From Planctomycetota bacterium (GTDB lineage: Bacteria > Planctomycetota > SZUA-567 > H5-PLA8), in contig JBBRPR010000092.1 of assembly GCA_038227875.1 (NCBI GenBank), forward strand, positions 1-24,548: a DNA stretch of 24,548 nucleotides, in the 5' to 3' direction. Every line of letters begins with the position of its first letter. The stretch's first letter is position 1. Below, piece by piece: positions 1 through 9,332 of the stretch. The notes under the pieces are model-generated. The model made no database searches. It was given only the letters and a program-made list of their open reading frames with translations, and had not been told where the DNA came from. Made by a program: the position numbers and the translations under genes.

Positions 1-1112
1 TCAGACCACGAAAACGTATCGGTATTGAAAGTGAATTGTGTATCTGTCCAAATGACCAATATGAGATTCTTTGCATTCGATGGCATCGTAAAAGTTCCGG
101 CGAACAACTGAAACGTCGTCGTCACTGCGCACGAAACGCTATTTGTTCCGATTGTTCCCTGCGCGCCCGTGGGAATCGAAGCCGGGCTTCCGATGTTCGA
201 AAGATTCGTGCCCCACGTCGGTTCCGTGCTTCCGCTTCCCCACGCGGACGGAACAAGCGTCGGCATAACATCAATCGTTCCGGTTGAAGACAGGATTGCC
301 ATGCGCAAAGTTTTTGAAGACGATGCGCGGAGTTTAATTTGAAAAGTCATCTTGCGACCGGCAAGCGGAAGCGTGTTATTCGCTTCGATTACTTGGAATA
401 TTGCCTGTTTTCCGGTCGTAGTCTTTTTCGCAAGTGTGCCGTAGTAGCGCGCGCTCAACCCGGTTTGAAGCGAAGTACTTGTGTCCGTTCGCGAAAAAAG
501 CGTGTTTGAATTTTCGGACGCGGCTTTCCATCGGTCCGTGGCGTATACGTCAGCGCCTAATCCGGTTCCGATGTTTGCGCCGCCCGTGTTGCGTTGATCG
601 ACGGCGCACGCGCCGTTGATGATCAAATTATTTACCGGGCGTGCCTTAGACTCATGATCGCTCAAAAGCAACTGGCGAAAAAGAGGCGATCCGGCCGCGC
701 CATCCGGCGATGCGTAGACGAGGTTTGGCGACGCTGCGGGAAAACTGTAAAGCTGTTTCATGTTCCCATTGGTGTCGAGAACGTAAAAGCCTTCATCTTC
801 GTAGACGAGCGTATCCCCGGCATTCAGCGTGACGGTGTAGATGACGTATGAAGTCGCGCTCTTTTTCACTCGGACCTTAACCGTGTTTGTCGCGGCTCCG
901 TCGATGTTAGCCATGTACATCGTCTTGATGCAGAATTGCCCGGTTCCCGATCCGGTTAAAAGCGTGGTAGTGGTTGCGCTCGTGATCGCCGCAACGGCCA
1001 GCTTGGGCGTGTCGGTTTGCGTGTCGACGTAATTTATCGAAGAGTGGATATTCGCCGTCGACGATGTAACCAGTTCTAAAATGTCGCCACCAGCGCCGTC
1101 TAGATTAATCAT
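1..1112 (-). CDS. Tail fibre/receptor-binding-type virion protein, 3' truncated by the window edge (>370 aa)
   Basis: Absent from the ORF track because it has no stop in the window. Manual translation from ATG at 1112 (ATGA overlap with the upstream stop, GAGGA RBS) gives [19 protein letters not shown]...[15 protein letters not shown]...DRWKA...LVIWTDTQ, open to position 1. The NLIING..V.QR/DRW motif is typical of phage fibre carbohydrate-binding-like domains. Confidence 0.8.
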   Translation of the reverse strand, partial: MINLDGAGGDILELVTSSTANIHSSINYVDTQTDTPKLAVAAITSATTTTLLTGSGTGQFCIKTMYMANIDGAATNTVKVRVKKSATSYVIYTVTLNAGDTLVYEDEGFYVLDTNGNMKQLYSFPAASPNLVYASPDGAAGSPLFRQLLLSDHESKARPVNNLIINGACAVDQRNTGGANIGTGLGADVYATDRWKAASENSNTLFSRTDTSTSLQTGLSARYYGTLAKKTTTGKQAIFQVIEANNTLPLAGRKMTFQIKLRASSSKTLRMAILSSTGTIDVMPTLVPSAWGSGSTEPTWGTNLSNIGSPASIPTGAQGTIGTNSVSCAVTTTFQLFAGTFTMPSNAKNLILVIWTDTQFTFNTDTFSWS

Positions 1113-2323
1113 ATTCCAAAAATCCTCTGCCACCGCTTCCCGCCGCCAGCCCCTGTTGCGCCGGTCACACCGGTCGCACCCACAGGCCCCGTCGCTCCAA
1201 CGGGTCCGGTTACTCCCGCTGGCCCCGTTGCGCCTGCAGGCCCAGCAACGCCGGTCGCGCCCGTTACGCCGACGGGTCCGGTTGCTCCCGCTGGCCCCGT
1301 TGCGCCCGCAGGACCCGCCACGCCGGTCGCTCCAACTGGCCCCGCCGCGCCGCTAGGCCCTGTCGCGCCCGCCGGGCCGGTCGCGCCCGTTGGCCCAACC
1401 ACGCCAGTCACGCCGATCGGTCCAGTTGCTCCCGCTGGTCCCGTTGCACCAGCCGGGCCAGTGACTCCCGTCGATCCGATTCCGCCAGTGACGCCTGTTG
1501 CGCCGATTGGACCCGTAGCGCCCGCTGGCCCGGTCGCGCCAATGGGTCCAGTAGATCCAGCGCCGCTCGGTCCAGGAGCGCCACCGCCGCCGCCCAGTCC
1601 GGTATGCTTTACCCACGGACCAGACGCGCCGACGTTGTAGAGTCCGTTTTGCGTAGGATCAGTCTGCGCGGTCAGGCCGACTACCATCCCCGCCGTGAGG
1701 GTGACAGAGCCTTCGGTAGTGACGCTGCCGTCGATGGCGACGTTGCTCGTAAAGCAGACGTCGATCTCCTCGAACGTGTTCTGACCGCCGCCGCCAGCGC
1801 TGGGAATACTGACCAGGGCGCGATGAATGTCGGTACCTGTATATGCGTCTTCATTGACGATCTGCCCACCGGCCGCACCGGTAGTCATGTACGTTTGCCC
1901 GGCAACAATGCCGACAACGTTTGATGTGTCGCCCCCGCTGCGCTTGATAAAAACAGGTGTGACACCAACGATCATCGCCTTGCCACATTCACCAGATTTC
2001 ACGGGCTCCTGTAGCACTGCGAATTTGGCTTCATAGCCAGCAACGGGAGTGATAGCCGCGTGAATGTAACTACGGTGATCTTCGCCGTCGCTGGGATCTG
2101 TCAGCAGCGCGTCCACGCCGACCGCCGAGAAAACATCGAGATCGGCACCGGTGTCATTGCGGACGATGATGATGCCAGCGCGCGCGGCCGCGACGGCCTC
2201 GCCAGAGCTAGCGCCGCCCGCCTGCCGAGACCTTTCGGTCTGCGCAGCATCAATCATCGAATTCACAGTCGACGGTTTCAGCTTGAACTTCTGAAACGAT
2301 GCGACCTTAATTCCGCCTTGCAT
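1109..2323 (-). CDS. Tail-tip/fibre protein with C-terminal collagen-like (Gly-X-Y) domain
   Basis: 404 aa; N-terminal tail-tip-like domain, a common phage fibre module ([24 protein letters not shown]), then about 46 uninterrupted G-X-Y triplets. Confidence 0.85.
   Translation of the reverse strand: MQGGIKVASFQKFKLKPSTVNSMIDAAQTERSRQAGGASSGEAVAAARAGIIIVRNDTGADLDVFSAVGVDALLTDPSDGEDHRSYIHAAITPVAGYEAKFAVLQEPVKSGECGKAMIVGVTPVFIKRSGGDTSNVVGIVAGQTYMTTGAAGGQIVNEDAYTGTDIHRALVSIPSAGGGGQNTFEEIDVCFTSNVAIDGSVTTEGSVTLTAGMVVGLTAQTDPTQNGLYNVGASGPWVKHTGLGGGGGAPGPSGAGSTGPIGATGPAGATGPIGATGVTGGIGSTGVTGPAGATGPAGATGPIGVTGVVGPTGATGPAGATGPSGAAGPVGATGVAGPAGATGPAGATGPVGVTGATGVAGPAGATGPAGVTGPVGATGPVGATGVTGATGAGGGKRWQRIFGI
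1145..1558 (-). repeat. Collagen-like coding repeat ([12 protein letters not shown] triplets)
   Basis: 9-nt periodicity; a near-identical 72-nt-period duplication is visible at about 1200 and 1272 (acgggtccggtt[a/g]ctcccgctggccccgttgcgcc). Confidence 0.95.
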
Positions 2324-2325
2324 GA

Positions 2326-3666
2326 CTACCTCGCGCTGAATGAAAATTTCGTCGACGGCGGATTGAACGTGCCGATGGTCAGCACGGACATGTCAGCAGT
2401 AAGCGTCGCGGTTCCACCCGACTGCCAATTCATTGTGGTTACCGTTCGACCGCGCGACGATCCGGTGAAGTCGACAGTTCCTCCGTACAAATTCATCGTC
2501 GTGATTGTGCCGGTCGAATTCGACTTGAGCGCGCCCGCATAGAGATTGAGCGTGGTAATTGCAAACGCGCCTTCAACCTGCAGCGTGCCCGCTTTGACAT
2601 TGCAAGTGGTCACTGTCGCGCCCGCCTGCAGTTTGTTTGTGCCTGAGTATTGTTCCCACGTCGTCATCGTGGTGCCGAGTCCGGTCACAACTTTTGAACT
2701 GCCGGTGAGATCAGTGATGGCCATCTTGCGAAGCGTGGAGGTCTCGCCGTTCTGATCGATGGCGACACCGAAGCCGCCTGGAGCGGAGCGGACGAAGCAA
2801 TCGAGCGACGCGCTATTGCATTTGATCCGGACCGCTGGCCGGCTGGACTCGGCCGCGCTGGAACTTGTGTTCTGAATTTCAACCGTGCCCGCCGACGTAC
2901 CGAGGTCGAGCATAATGCGCCGGGAGCCCGCGAGCGTGGTTCCTGCCGTCGAATTGTTTTCGCCGATAACGACAAGCTGCGAACTTTGCAGTCCGATCTG
3001 CAGATAAAGCGGCCGGTATTCCGTGTAGAGCGCATTACTCGTGTTGCCATCGGCCGACGTTGTGAACACGCTTCGGTTGAGTCCAAGCAAGCCGGTGAAG
3101 CTCTGCATGATTCGCAGCGAGTTGACCGTCACAGCGGATTGATTGAGCCCGTAGGAAATGTTCAGTGAGGAATCGTTGACGACGACGTCGTCACCATTCA
3201 CGGGCACCGCGCCTGTCGACCAATTCGCGGCCGTACTCCAGTCAGTCGGGCCAGCGGAAGCCGTATCTACACCACCCGCAGCGCCGAACGCACTCACGCT
3301 TCCCGATCCCGCTCCCGATTTCGAAATGACTGCGGTGAACGGGACGCCTGCTGTGAGCGACGTACCCGTGACCTTCGCGGCGCTGGGATTTGTCCAGGCG
3401 ACGGCCGTGAAATACGGATGCGTCGACGCGGTGCAGGCGGCCACAAGCGCAGCGGCCGTCGTATTGGCGTTCGTGATCCCAGTGACAGTCACTGCGACAC
3501 CGCCGATGGTCACAGTGAACGTATTGTTCGCGGGAGTGCCGTCGACGGAAGCAATCGCGGCCGTCGCGACCTGCGCAACGGCAGGCGCGTTGCCGATCCA
3601 GATCGGCGTTGCCGCCGCGACGTGGAGCGAGAAGACGAAAAGAAATGCCAGTGCAAGCTTTCGCAT
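2326..3666 (-). CDS. Signal-peptide-bearing beta-rich (beta-helix/adhesin-like) protein within the tail module
   Basis: 446 aa; [22 protein letters not shown]-terminus; [21 protein letters not shown] motif; C-terminal repeats ([27 protein letters not shown]). Confidence 0.75.
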   Translation of the reverse strand: MRKLALAFLFVFSLHVAAATPIWIGNAPAVAQVATAAIASVDGTPANNTFTVTIGGVAVTVTGITNANTTAAALVAACTASTHPYFTAVAWTNPSAAKVTGTSLTAGVPFTAVISKSGAGSGSVSAFGAAGGVDTASAGPTDWSTAANWSTGAVPVNGDDVVVNDSSLNISYGLNQSAVTVNSLRIMQSFTGLLGLNRSVFTTSADGNTSNALYTEYRPLYLQIGLQSSQLVVIGENNSTAGTTLAGSRRIMLDLGTSAGTVEIQNTSSSAAESSRPAVRIKCNSASLDCFVRSAPGGFGVAIDQNGETSTLRKMAITDLTGSSKVVTGLGTTMTTWEQYSGTNKLQAGATVTTCNVKAGTLQVEGAFAITTLNLYAGALKSNSTGTITTMNLYGGTVDFTGSSRGRTVTTMNWQSGGTATLTADMSVLTIGTFNPPSTKFSFSAR

Positions 3667-3668
3667 TT

Positions 3669-4445
3669 TTAGGCTCCAATGCCGAGGGAGGAGAACGGAC
3701 CGTACTCGTAGATTTGCTCGACGTAGACGGCAGTCGGCTTCTTGATTTTAACTTTGGCCGTGGTGTCGACGGCGTTGTTGTAGAAAACCCAGAGATATTC
3801 CCAGCCCTTTTTCTCAATGCCAGAGATGCCGCCGATTTGGAGACTCACGGCGTTGGGCTGATAGCCAAATTTAAAATTTACTTCCCACAATCCGTCGTCG
3901 CGCTCTTGACCGGTGACTCCGTAAAACAAAACTTCACCGGCGCTGTAGCCTTGAAACGGATCGGAGTTCACGTGGCCCGTGAGCGCGTAGTAAGCGGGGA
4001 CATTGAGCTCCGCGTCCTCAAGAGCATGCGTTTCGGTCCAATTAAAAACGGGCACAACCTTATCGACGCCAGCGACATTGTCCCCATCAACCCCGATGGC
4101 TTGTCCGAGTTCGTCAGAATAGTTACCGTACTTCCCGACCGTGGCAATGGATTGAGTGATGTGCTGCGTGCCGCCCGTGGAATCGTACTGGACGACTGTT
4201 GTCGGCTTCGCGACGTAACGAACCGAACACCGCCAAGTGTTATGCGTGAGCTGCTCGACGACCTCCGCCGAGTGGTAGCGCATTTCATTAAACGTGTCAG
4301 GAGCGAACGCGATCACTGCGTTCAACGCGTCGGTTTCATCCGAGGCGTTGCGCGCGGTATAATCCAACGTCGCAACCGAACGCTCACTGATATTGTCAGT
4401 GTTCGTCTGCTTGCGGCTGTTGAGATTCTCAGTGATATTCGGCAC
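3669..4445 (-). CDS. Tail tip/hub protein (distal tail position)
   Basis: 258 aa, beta-rich, immediately after the tape measure gene; function assigned from position. Confidence 0.6.
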   Translation of the reverse strand: MPNITENLNSRKQTNTDNISERSVATLDYTARNASDETDALNAVIAFAPDTFNEMRYHSAEVVEQLTHNTWRCSVRYVAKPTTVVQYDSTGGTQHITQSIATVGKYGNYSDELGQAIGVDGDNVAGVDKVVPVFNWTETHALEDAELNVPAYYALTGHVNSDPFQGYSAGEVLFYGVTGQERDDGLWEVNFKFGYQPNAVSLQIGGISGIEKKGWEYLWVFYNNAVDTTAKVKIKKPTAVYVEQIYEYGPFSSLGIGA

Positions 4446-6173
4446 TTAAGGATTCCTCACGGCATCATTGCGTGGGTCCGTATTCTGCGCAGTCTTTTCA
4501 CACGACTTCGCGATGCGCTCGCCGATGTTCGGGCCGATCCCTAGCTGGCCCACGGCGCTAGAGTTGAACGTGCCAACAGACGAGCCCTTGATACCGGAAT
4601 CCAAAATACCGGGGACATCCTTCTTGTCGGGCGTGCCGAACGGTGTGGCCTTGGGCAGTTCCGGCGCTTTGATCGCGCCGACTGCCGTGCTGAGCGCGCC
4701 AGTAATTGAATTCCAGACGTTGTCACCGATTTTAGTCAGCGCGCCTTTCGCGCGGTCGGTGTCCAGGTGAACGCCTTTTGAGCCGTCCTGTGGATCTTTC
4801 TTAAAGAGATCGGCCATCTGCTTGTCGAGCGCTTTGTTTTTGCGCTCGCCGGTCAGAAGCGTGTTGTCGCGTGCGCTCGCGCGTTGATCGATTTCCTTGT
4901 TGCCCGTGTCGCGAAATCCCTGGAGCGCCTTGTTCGTGTTGTTGAGAAAACTCGTATCGATCTTCAGCGACTTCGGAGCGATGGAATTAAACGCTTCAAT
5001 GATCAACTGCAGCCCCTCCGTCAAATTTGAAATCATATAGGAAAAAGCGTTCGCGATTTTTGTGATGACATAGCTCCACGCGCCCCACCACGTCTGCGCA
5101 ACCCACGAAATGCCAGTGACGAGATCGTTGAATCCTTTTTCAATGAAAACCCAAAATGCACCGAGCCATGTCCCTAATCCGGTGCCATCCACTCGGATAG
5201 AATTAAAGAGTTCTCCGAATCCGGTTGCCGTCACACCTAGAGAATCGGTGACAGCAAGCGAAGCCATGCCAATCCCTATGACAACGGCCGTCAACAGGAT
5301 CGCGGGAGAGAGCGCCGCGTAGATCGCGCCGCCAACGGCAAGAAACGCTGTGCCGACGACACTGAGCGCCACACCGACTTTAAAAAGCCCCTGAACCAAT
5401 TCGGGATGAACGGCGATCCACTCCTGGAAGCCCTTGATCACCTGGACGATCTGTTCGATGAACGGTGTGAGGATCGGTGCCAACGCCGCGCCGATGGACA
5501 CCTGCAGCCCTTCGGCGGATTTAGATACGCGTTTGAACTCCGCGCCGAGCTTCGCCGCGGAGTCGATTGCTTTTTGATCCAGCGCGAGACCGAACTCGCG
5601 AGCGGAATTCGCCGCACGATTCAATCCGTCCGCGCCCTGCGAGAGCAGTGGCAATAGTTCAACGCCAGCGCGTCCGAGCAACCGCTGCGAGAGCTCCACC
5701 TGCTGACCTTTGTCTTTGACGGCCGCGAGCCGCTCAGCGACCAAGCCCAGCTGCTCTTCCGGAGAAAGCGCCTGGAGTTCTTTGAACGTCAGTCCGAGCG
5801 CCGTGAATGCTTCGGCGGACTCTTTGGTTTGATTGACGATATTGCGCTGCATTTCTTTTACGGCGTGCCCCAGCGCTTCCGCGCCCGCGCCGCCCGCGTA
5901 GAACAATCCAGCGACAGCCGAGCTCGACATGCCGGTCTGCGCCATGAACGCTTTGGTCTGCTTGCCCAGATCGGCAAAGGCGTGCGCACTGGCGACCAGC
6001 GGAGCCGTGATCGCCGCGCCAATTCCAGCCATCGTTCCGCCGATGGTTGTGATGGAACCAGCGAACGCCCGGAGAGAGGACTCGACACCCTTCATTGCGG
6101 CGTCGAATTCCTTGGTGACGGCGCCAATGACAACGTATGCGCCGCCTGCCTTCACGTCACCAGACTCAGCCAT
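4446..6173 (-). CDS. Tail tape measure protein
   Basis: 575 aa, Ala/Gly-rich helical; LSPEEQL...LLGRAGVELLPLL motif; central hydrophobic segments; follows the chaperone genes. Confidence 0.92.
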   Translation of the reverse strand: MAESGDVKAGGAYVVIGAVTKEFDAAMKGVESSLRAFAGSITTIGGTMAGIGAAITAPLVASAHAFADLGKQTKAFMAQTGMSSSAVAGLFYAGGAGAEALGHAVKEMQRNIVNQTKESAEAFTALGLTFKELQALSPEEQLGLVAERLAAVKDKGQQVELSQRLLGRAGVELLPLLSQGADGLNRAANSAREFGLALDQKAIDSAAKLGAEFKRVSKSAEGLQVSIGAALAPILTPFIEQIVQVIKGFQEWIAVHPELVQGLFKVGVALSVVGTAFLAVGGAIYAALSPAILLTAVVIGIGMASLAVTDSLGVTATGFGELFNSIRVDGTGLGTWLGAFWVFIEKGFNDLVTGISWVAQTWWGAWSYVITKIANAFSYMISNLTEGLQLIIEAFNSIAPKSLKIDTSFLNNTNKALQGFRDTGNKEIDQRASARDNTLLTGERKNKALDKQMADLFKKDPQDGSKGVHLDTDRAKGALTKIGDNVWNSITGALSTAVGAIKAPELPKATPFGTPDKKDVPGILDSGIKGSSVGTFNSSAVGQLGIGPNIGERIAKSCEKTAQNTDPRNDAVRNP

Positions 6174-6543
6174 ATCTCTCCCAGCCTCCGCGTTTCAAAA
6201 ACGCGTCATACCGCGCTTCGATTTCCGACTCCGTGAGTTCCTCACGTTCCCTTACACTCGGATTCAGCAATTCATCCTTGTCGACAACCGGCTTTTCGGA
6301 GTCAACCAACGGGTGAATGTCGGCCAGCCTGGTCTTCGCGAGCGCGGTACGAACGACGTATGCCGTCCAAACCGCACGATCCCACGCCATTCTTTCCCGC
6401 TCAGTCCGCCGCCACATCAATTCCCGCAGCGTGAACCGTTTGATGTTTTCCACACCGGCCAGCGCGGCGGTTTCGTGGACTAATTGCCACTCCCATTGCC
6501 GGGAGCGGGAACCGGAACTGGATTGCTTTTTTGCTGGCTCTGG
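6166..6543 (-). CDS. C-terminal (gpT-like) part of the tail assembly chaperone, expressed by -1 frameshift
   Basis: The frame of ORF 6166..6453 stays open back to the slippery site (PEPAKKQSSSGSRSRQWEWQLVHETAALAGVENIKRFTLREL...) and is the -1 frame of 6480..6851. Confidence 0.85.
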   Translation of the reverse strand, partial: PEPAKKQSSSGSRSRQWEWQLVHETAALAGVENIKRFTLRELMWRRTERERMAWDRAVWTAYVVRTALAKTRLADIHPLVDSEKPVVDKDELLNPSVREREELTESEIEARYDAFLKRGGWERYG

Positions 6544-6851
6544 AAAAAAAGCGCGATAGCCGGCCCGATGGCTTCGGCGATGGAGAGCATTTGAATGTCG
6601 CTGGTGAATGAATCCGCAAAATCGTCGAGCGCGACATTTCGAGCGCGCGACTCTTCACGACAGGAAAAGAACGCCAGCGCAATCAGATCGCCGACGCTCA
6701 AACTCTTTTCGAGATTCTGCAGCGTCTGTGGATCGAAAAACTTACGGCCGGTATGCGTCTCAAAACGCATGAGTGTTCCGCATGTGATCTTGGGATGCCA
6801 CTGACGGCCCTGCGCATCGCGAGCCGCAGGGGGTTGATTCGAATCGGACAT
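6480..6851 (-). CDS. Tail assembly chaperone (gpG-like)
   Basis: 123 aa between the tail tube and tape measure genes; GGAGGAG RBS; slippery site near the 3' end. Confidence 0.88.
   Translation of the reverse strand: MSDSNQPPAARDAQGRQWHPKITCGTLMRFETHTGRKFFDPQTLQNLEKSLSVGDLIALAFFSCREESRARNVALDDFADSFTSDIQMLSIAEAIGPAIALFFQSQQKSNPVPVPAPGNGSGN
6543..6549 (-). promoter_or_regulatory. Programmed -1 ribosomal frameshift heptamer T TTT TTC
   Basis: CTT TTT TTC (Leu-Phe-Phe) in the zero frame; X XXY YYZ pattern in the correct phase; the -1 frame is open to 6166. Confidence 0.85.
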
Positions 6852-6887
6852 TTAAGACTCCTCCATGCAGTTGCAGTTGGGTTTAGA

Positions 6888-7280
6888 TCAAACCACAACC
6901 AGCGCGCCGGTTCCCTTTGCGGTCAACGAGACCATCAACGCGCCGTCGAGCGGCTCTTTTTGCTCCAGCTTCGTAATGATCATGTTGCCGCTGAAACCCT
7001 TGCCGCTAGTGGCGGCATCGACAGCACTCCAGGCGAGGACCGTGCCGCCCATGAACGCGGTCTGCAAATCCGTATACGCAGTATCCGACGACAGCCACAG
7101 TTGCTCCCAACTCAGGTCATACTCCTTGAGCCCCTGCATGAATTCTTTCCACCCGGCTCCCGCGCGCGTGGAAATGTCGATCTCTTTTCCCTGCGAACTC
7201 ATGCTGAAGTCGCGACATTTGGCAACAGTCGTCGGGGAAGCGCCTTCGGTGAATTTGCAGCTATAGCCAGCGATACCCAT
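6888..7280 (-). CDS. Major tail tube protein (TP901-1-like family)
   Basis: 130 aa; EIDISTRAGAGWKEFMQGLKEY and FSGNMIITKLE...SLTAKGTGAL motifs. Confidence 0.9.
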   Translation of the reverse strand: MGIAGYSCKFTEGASPTTVAKCRDFSMSSQGKEIDISTRAGAGWKEFMQGLKEYDLSWEQLWLSSDTAYTDLQTAFMGGTVLAWSAVDAATSGKGFSGNMIITKLEQKEPLDGALMVSLTAKGTGALVVV

Positions 7281-7295
7281 GGCAAATCTCCTTTA

Positions 7296-7760
7296 TCAGG
7301 CACTCGCCGACGTACGAAGTACGCGGACATTAGTGCGGATGGTCCAACCCGGAAAACCCAAACCGTCGTTCGTGGCCATCGGCAGAGTGGCGCTGACACC
7401 CCACTGCTCTAAGTAGAGCGGCGCGAGCCACGTGCTGAGATCGGCGCGGTCGATCAGTTTCCAGAGCTTCAGCGCGAGATCGCGCACGGGCTTGCCTGAG
7501 AAATCCTTCTTGCCGAAAATCTGCGCGTCCGCGACGAACGTGCCGCCCGAGAATTGACGACAGCCAAAATCAGGCGCGCCCGACACGTCACCGACGACAA
7601 TGTAGGGCGTCGCCATATTGTCTGGGACAGTGTGCTCGTTAGAGAAAATCGCAGGCGCATTGCCCGTGCCGAAATCGAACTGCGAGAGTCCTGCTCGAAT
7701 ATCTATCGCGAGTTGCGCGGAACTCGTGGCGATCAATTTGTAAAGCGCCTGAGAGATCAC
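7296..7760 (-). CDS. Tail terminator/completion protein (DUF3168-like)
   Basis: 154 aa; ALYKLI...VPDNMATPYIVVGD motif; lies just before the tube gene. Confidence 0.78.
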   Translation of the reverse strand: MISQALYKLIATSSAQLAIDIRAGLSQFDFGTGNAPAIFSNEHTVPDNMATPYIVVGDVSGAPDFGCRQFSGGTFVADAQIFGKKDFSGKPVRDLALKLWKLIDRADLSTWLAPLYLEQWGVSATLPMATNDGLGFPGWTIRTNVRVLRTSASA

Positions 7761-8260
7761 GAGACAGCACCTCCCAGCGGAATGTTTTCAAAGACCTTGG
7801 CGAAGCGCGCGCGGCAGTTGTCCAGGGCGGGCCGCATAAACGGCCGCGCTGGAATGTGGACGCTGGAACCCACGGCCTTCCAGATGCCAAGATTCATCCC
7901 GAGCCACATTCGCATTTTCGCGGTCACGCGGATCAGCCCGCCGAATTCATGAATTCGGCCGTAAGGCGCGGTTGTGGCCGGGCCAACAACCCAGCTGCCG
8001 TCGGGCTGCCGAGCGGCTTGAATCGAGCCACGAAGATTTCCGGAGCGCAAATGCGGCGGCATGCCGGTTTCACTGGGCGTGTATTTGATTTCCCTCTTGC
8101 CGCTGGAGGTAACCGGAGTCGCGCCGCCTTTGGAAAGCAGGCGCTTGGCTTCAGCCTCGACCATGAGCGCGCACTTGCCGAGTCGCTCAGTGACGCCCTT
8201 TTTCAGGTGATCAGCGATTTCATCTGTGTTGAGGTAGACTCGCGCCTTCATGTCGATCAT
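7757..8260 (-). CDS. HK97 gp10-like / virion morphogenesis neck protein
   Basis: RSGNLRGSI, APYGRIHEFGG and IPARPFMRPAL motifs. Confidence 0.88.
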   Translation of the reverse strand: MIDMKARVYLNTDEIADHLKKGVTERLGKCALMVEAEAKRLLSKGGATPVTSSGKREIKYTPSETGMPPHLRSGNLRGSIQAARQPDGSWVVGPATTAPYGRIHEFGGLIRVTAKMRMWLGMNLGIWKAVGSSVHIPARPFMRPALDNCRARFAKVFENIPLGGAVS

Positions 8261-8267
8261 GAACTAG

Positions 8268-8277
8268 ATAGATACGC
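8268..8277 (-). promoter_or_regulatory. GCGTATCTAT motif copy 3 (putative late promoter element)
   Basis: Exact 10-mer in a 30-nt intergenic gap, 7 nt before the ATG at 8260; identical copies at 12607 and 17559. Confidence 0.7.
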
Positions 8278-8290
8278 ATGGGGCGGGGAG

Positions 8291-8596
8291 TTACGGCGAG
8301 ACCGGCCGATCAATGCGGGTGAGATTCACTTCGCGTTTGGTCGTGTCCAGGACGCGGTTGGCATCGATCACGCGATAGAAGGTTTCTGTCGAAGTGTCTT
8401 CGGGAATGATGCCGACGATATCATTGATCTTCACGTCCTCGTAAAGCTCAACGATCATCGTGATCTGCGTTTTGTTTGCTTCCAAGATGCCAAACAAAAC
8501 CGTCGCAGTGCCGAGCGTCTCGGAAAAGCCGCCGTCGCCGTCAGGCACGCGGGTCGGCCGGTAGCGGTTAAAGGGATAGGGAAGTGGCATCTTCAA
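8291..8596 (-). CDS. Head closure / head-tail adaptor (SPP1 gp16-like)
   Basis: About 100 aa; RPTRVPDGDGGFSET motif; follows the connector gene; the start may be ATG at 8590. Confidence 0.78.
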   Translation of the reverse strand: MKMPLPYPFNRYRPTRVPDGDGGFSETLGTATVLFGILEANKTQITMIVELYEDVKINDIVGIIPEDTSTETFYRVIDANRVLDTTKREVNLTRIDRPVSP

Positions 8597-9216
8597 GTCC
8601 TCGCTTTTGATTTCAAGGCGTAGGGCTGAATCATCTTAGCGATGTCGCTATCCACGAACGCGCCGAACTGGATTGACGCACCTTTCGCGCCGCTCGACAT
8701 CTCCGCGCCACGCGCGCGGTAGGCGCGAGTGACCAACGCCAGCGCGGCCTGCTTGAGCAGGGCCGGGGCCGTGGCATATCCGGCGGTGTAGTCGGCTCGG
8801 TAGCGTCCCATGCCGTCCATGAATCGCACCCAGTACGCCCAGCGGTTTTGCTGCATTGAAAGATCGTAGACCGTGGGCTGCAGCCACGGGACGCCGGTAC
8901 CAGGATCCGCGCGGACGATGCGCCCCTTGCCGATCAACGCCACCACAATGAGATCACCGGTAACGCGATCAATCACAGTGGGGTAGGTTTGGCCGGACTG
9001 CACCGTCAGAGCCGTCACAGGCCGACTAGAAGGGAAGAGGATGCCCATCCCGCCGTCGAGATCCTCTTCAACGGCCGAACTGCCGAATTTGATTCCTAAA
9101 TGGGTGGCGAGGAACTCTTCCGAGGCGTCGCACAGGATCTGGATTACGGCATCCTGCGCCGTGTGCCCTACCATTAAATAAGCCTTTGCCGTGGCCAGAT
9201 CGATGATTGTGCTCAT
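8593..9216 (-). CDS. Head-tail connector protein (HK97 gp6 / phiE125 gp8-like)
   Basis: IDLATAKAYL...QDAVIQILCDASEEFL and YTAGYATAPALLKQAALALV motifs. Confidence 0.9.
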   Translation of the reverse strand: MSTIIDLATAKAYLMVGHTAQDAVIQILCDASEEFLATHLGIKFGSSAVEEDLDGGMGILFPSSRPVTALTVQSGQTYPTVIDRVTGDLIVVALIGKGRIVRADPGTGVPWLQPTVYDLSMQQNRWAYWVRFMDGMGRYRADYTAGYATAPALLKQAALALVTRAYRARGAEMSSGAKGASIQFGAFVDSDIAKMIQPYALKSKART

Positions 9217-9332
9217 TTTAGCCCAATGCCTCCGTCTGACAGCCCTGCAACGTTGGATAGATCGCGCTGTGGGCGATTATCTCATTCAAAAGGCAAGAAC
9301 ATGGGGATTGACGTATCCGAGCGCTATAAACG

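Noticed and set aside
1109..1150. Programmed frameshift fusing the collagen gene to the next gene
   Set aside because: No canonical X XXY YYZ heptamer in phase; the -1 relationship follows trivially from the ATGA overlap, and the downstream gene has its own RBS
1145..1558. Possible CRISPR-like or DGR-type repeat
   Set aside because: The repeats are 9-nt-period collagen codons without unique spacers; no cas or reverse transcriptase gene and no TR/VR pair seen
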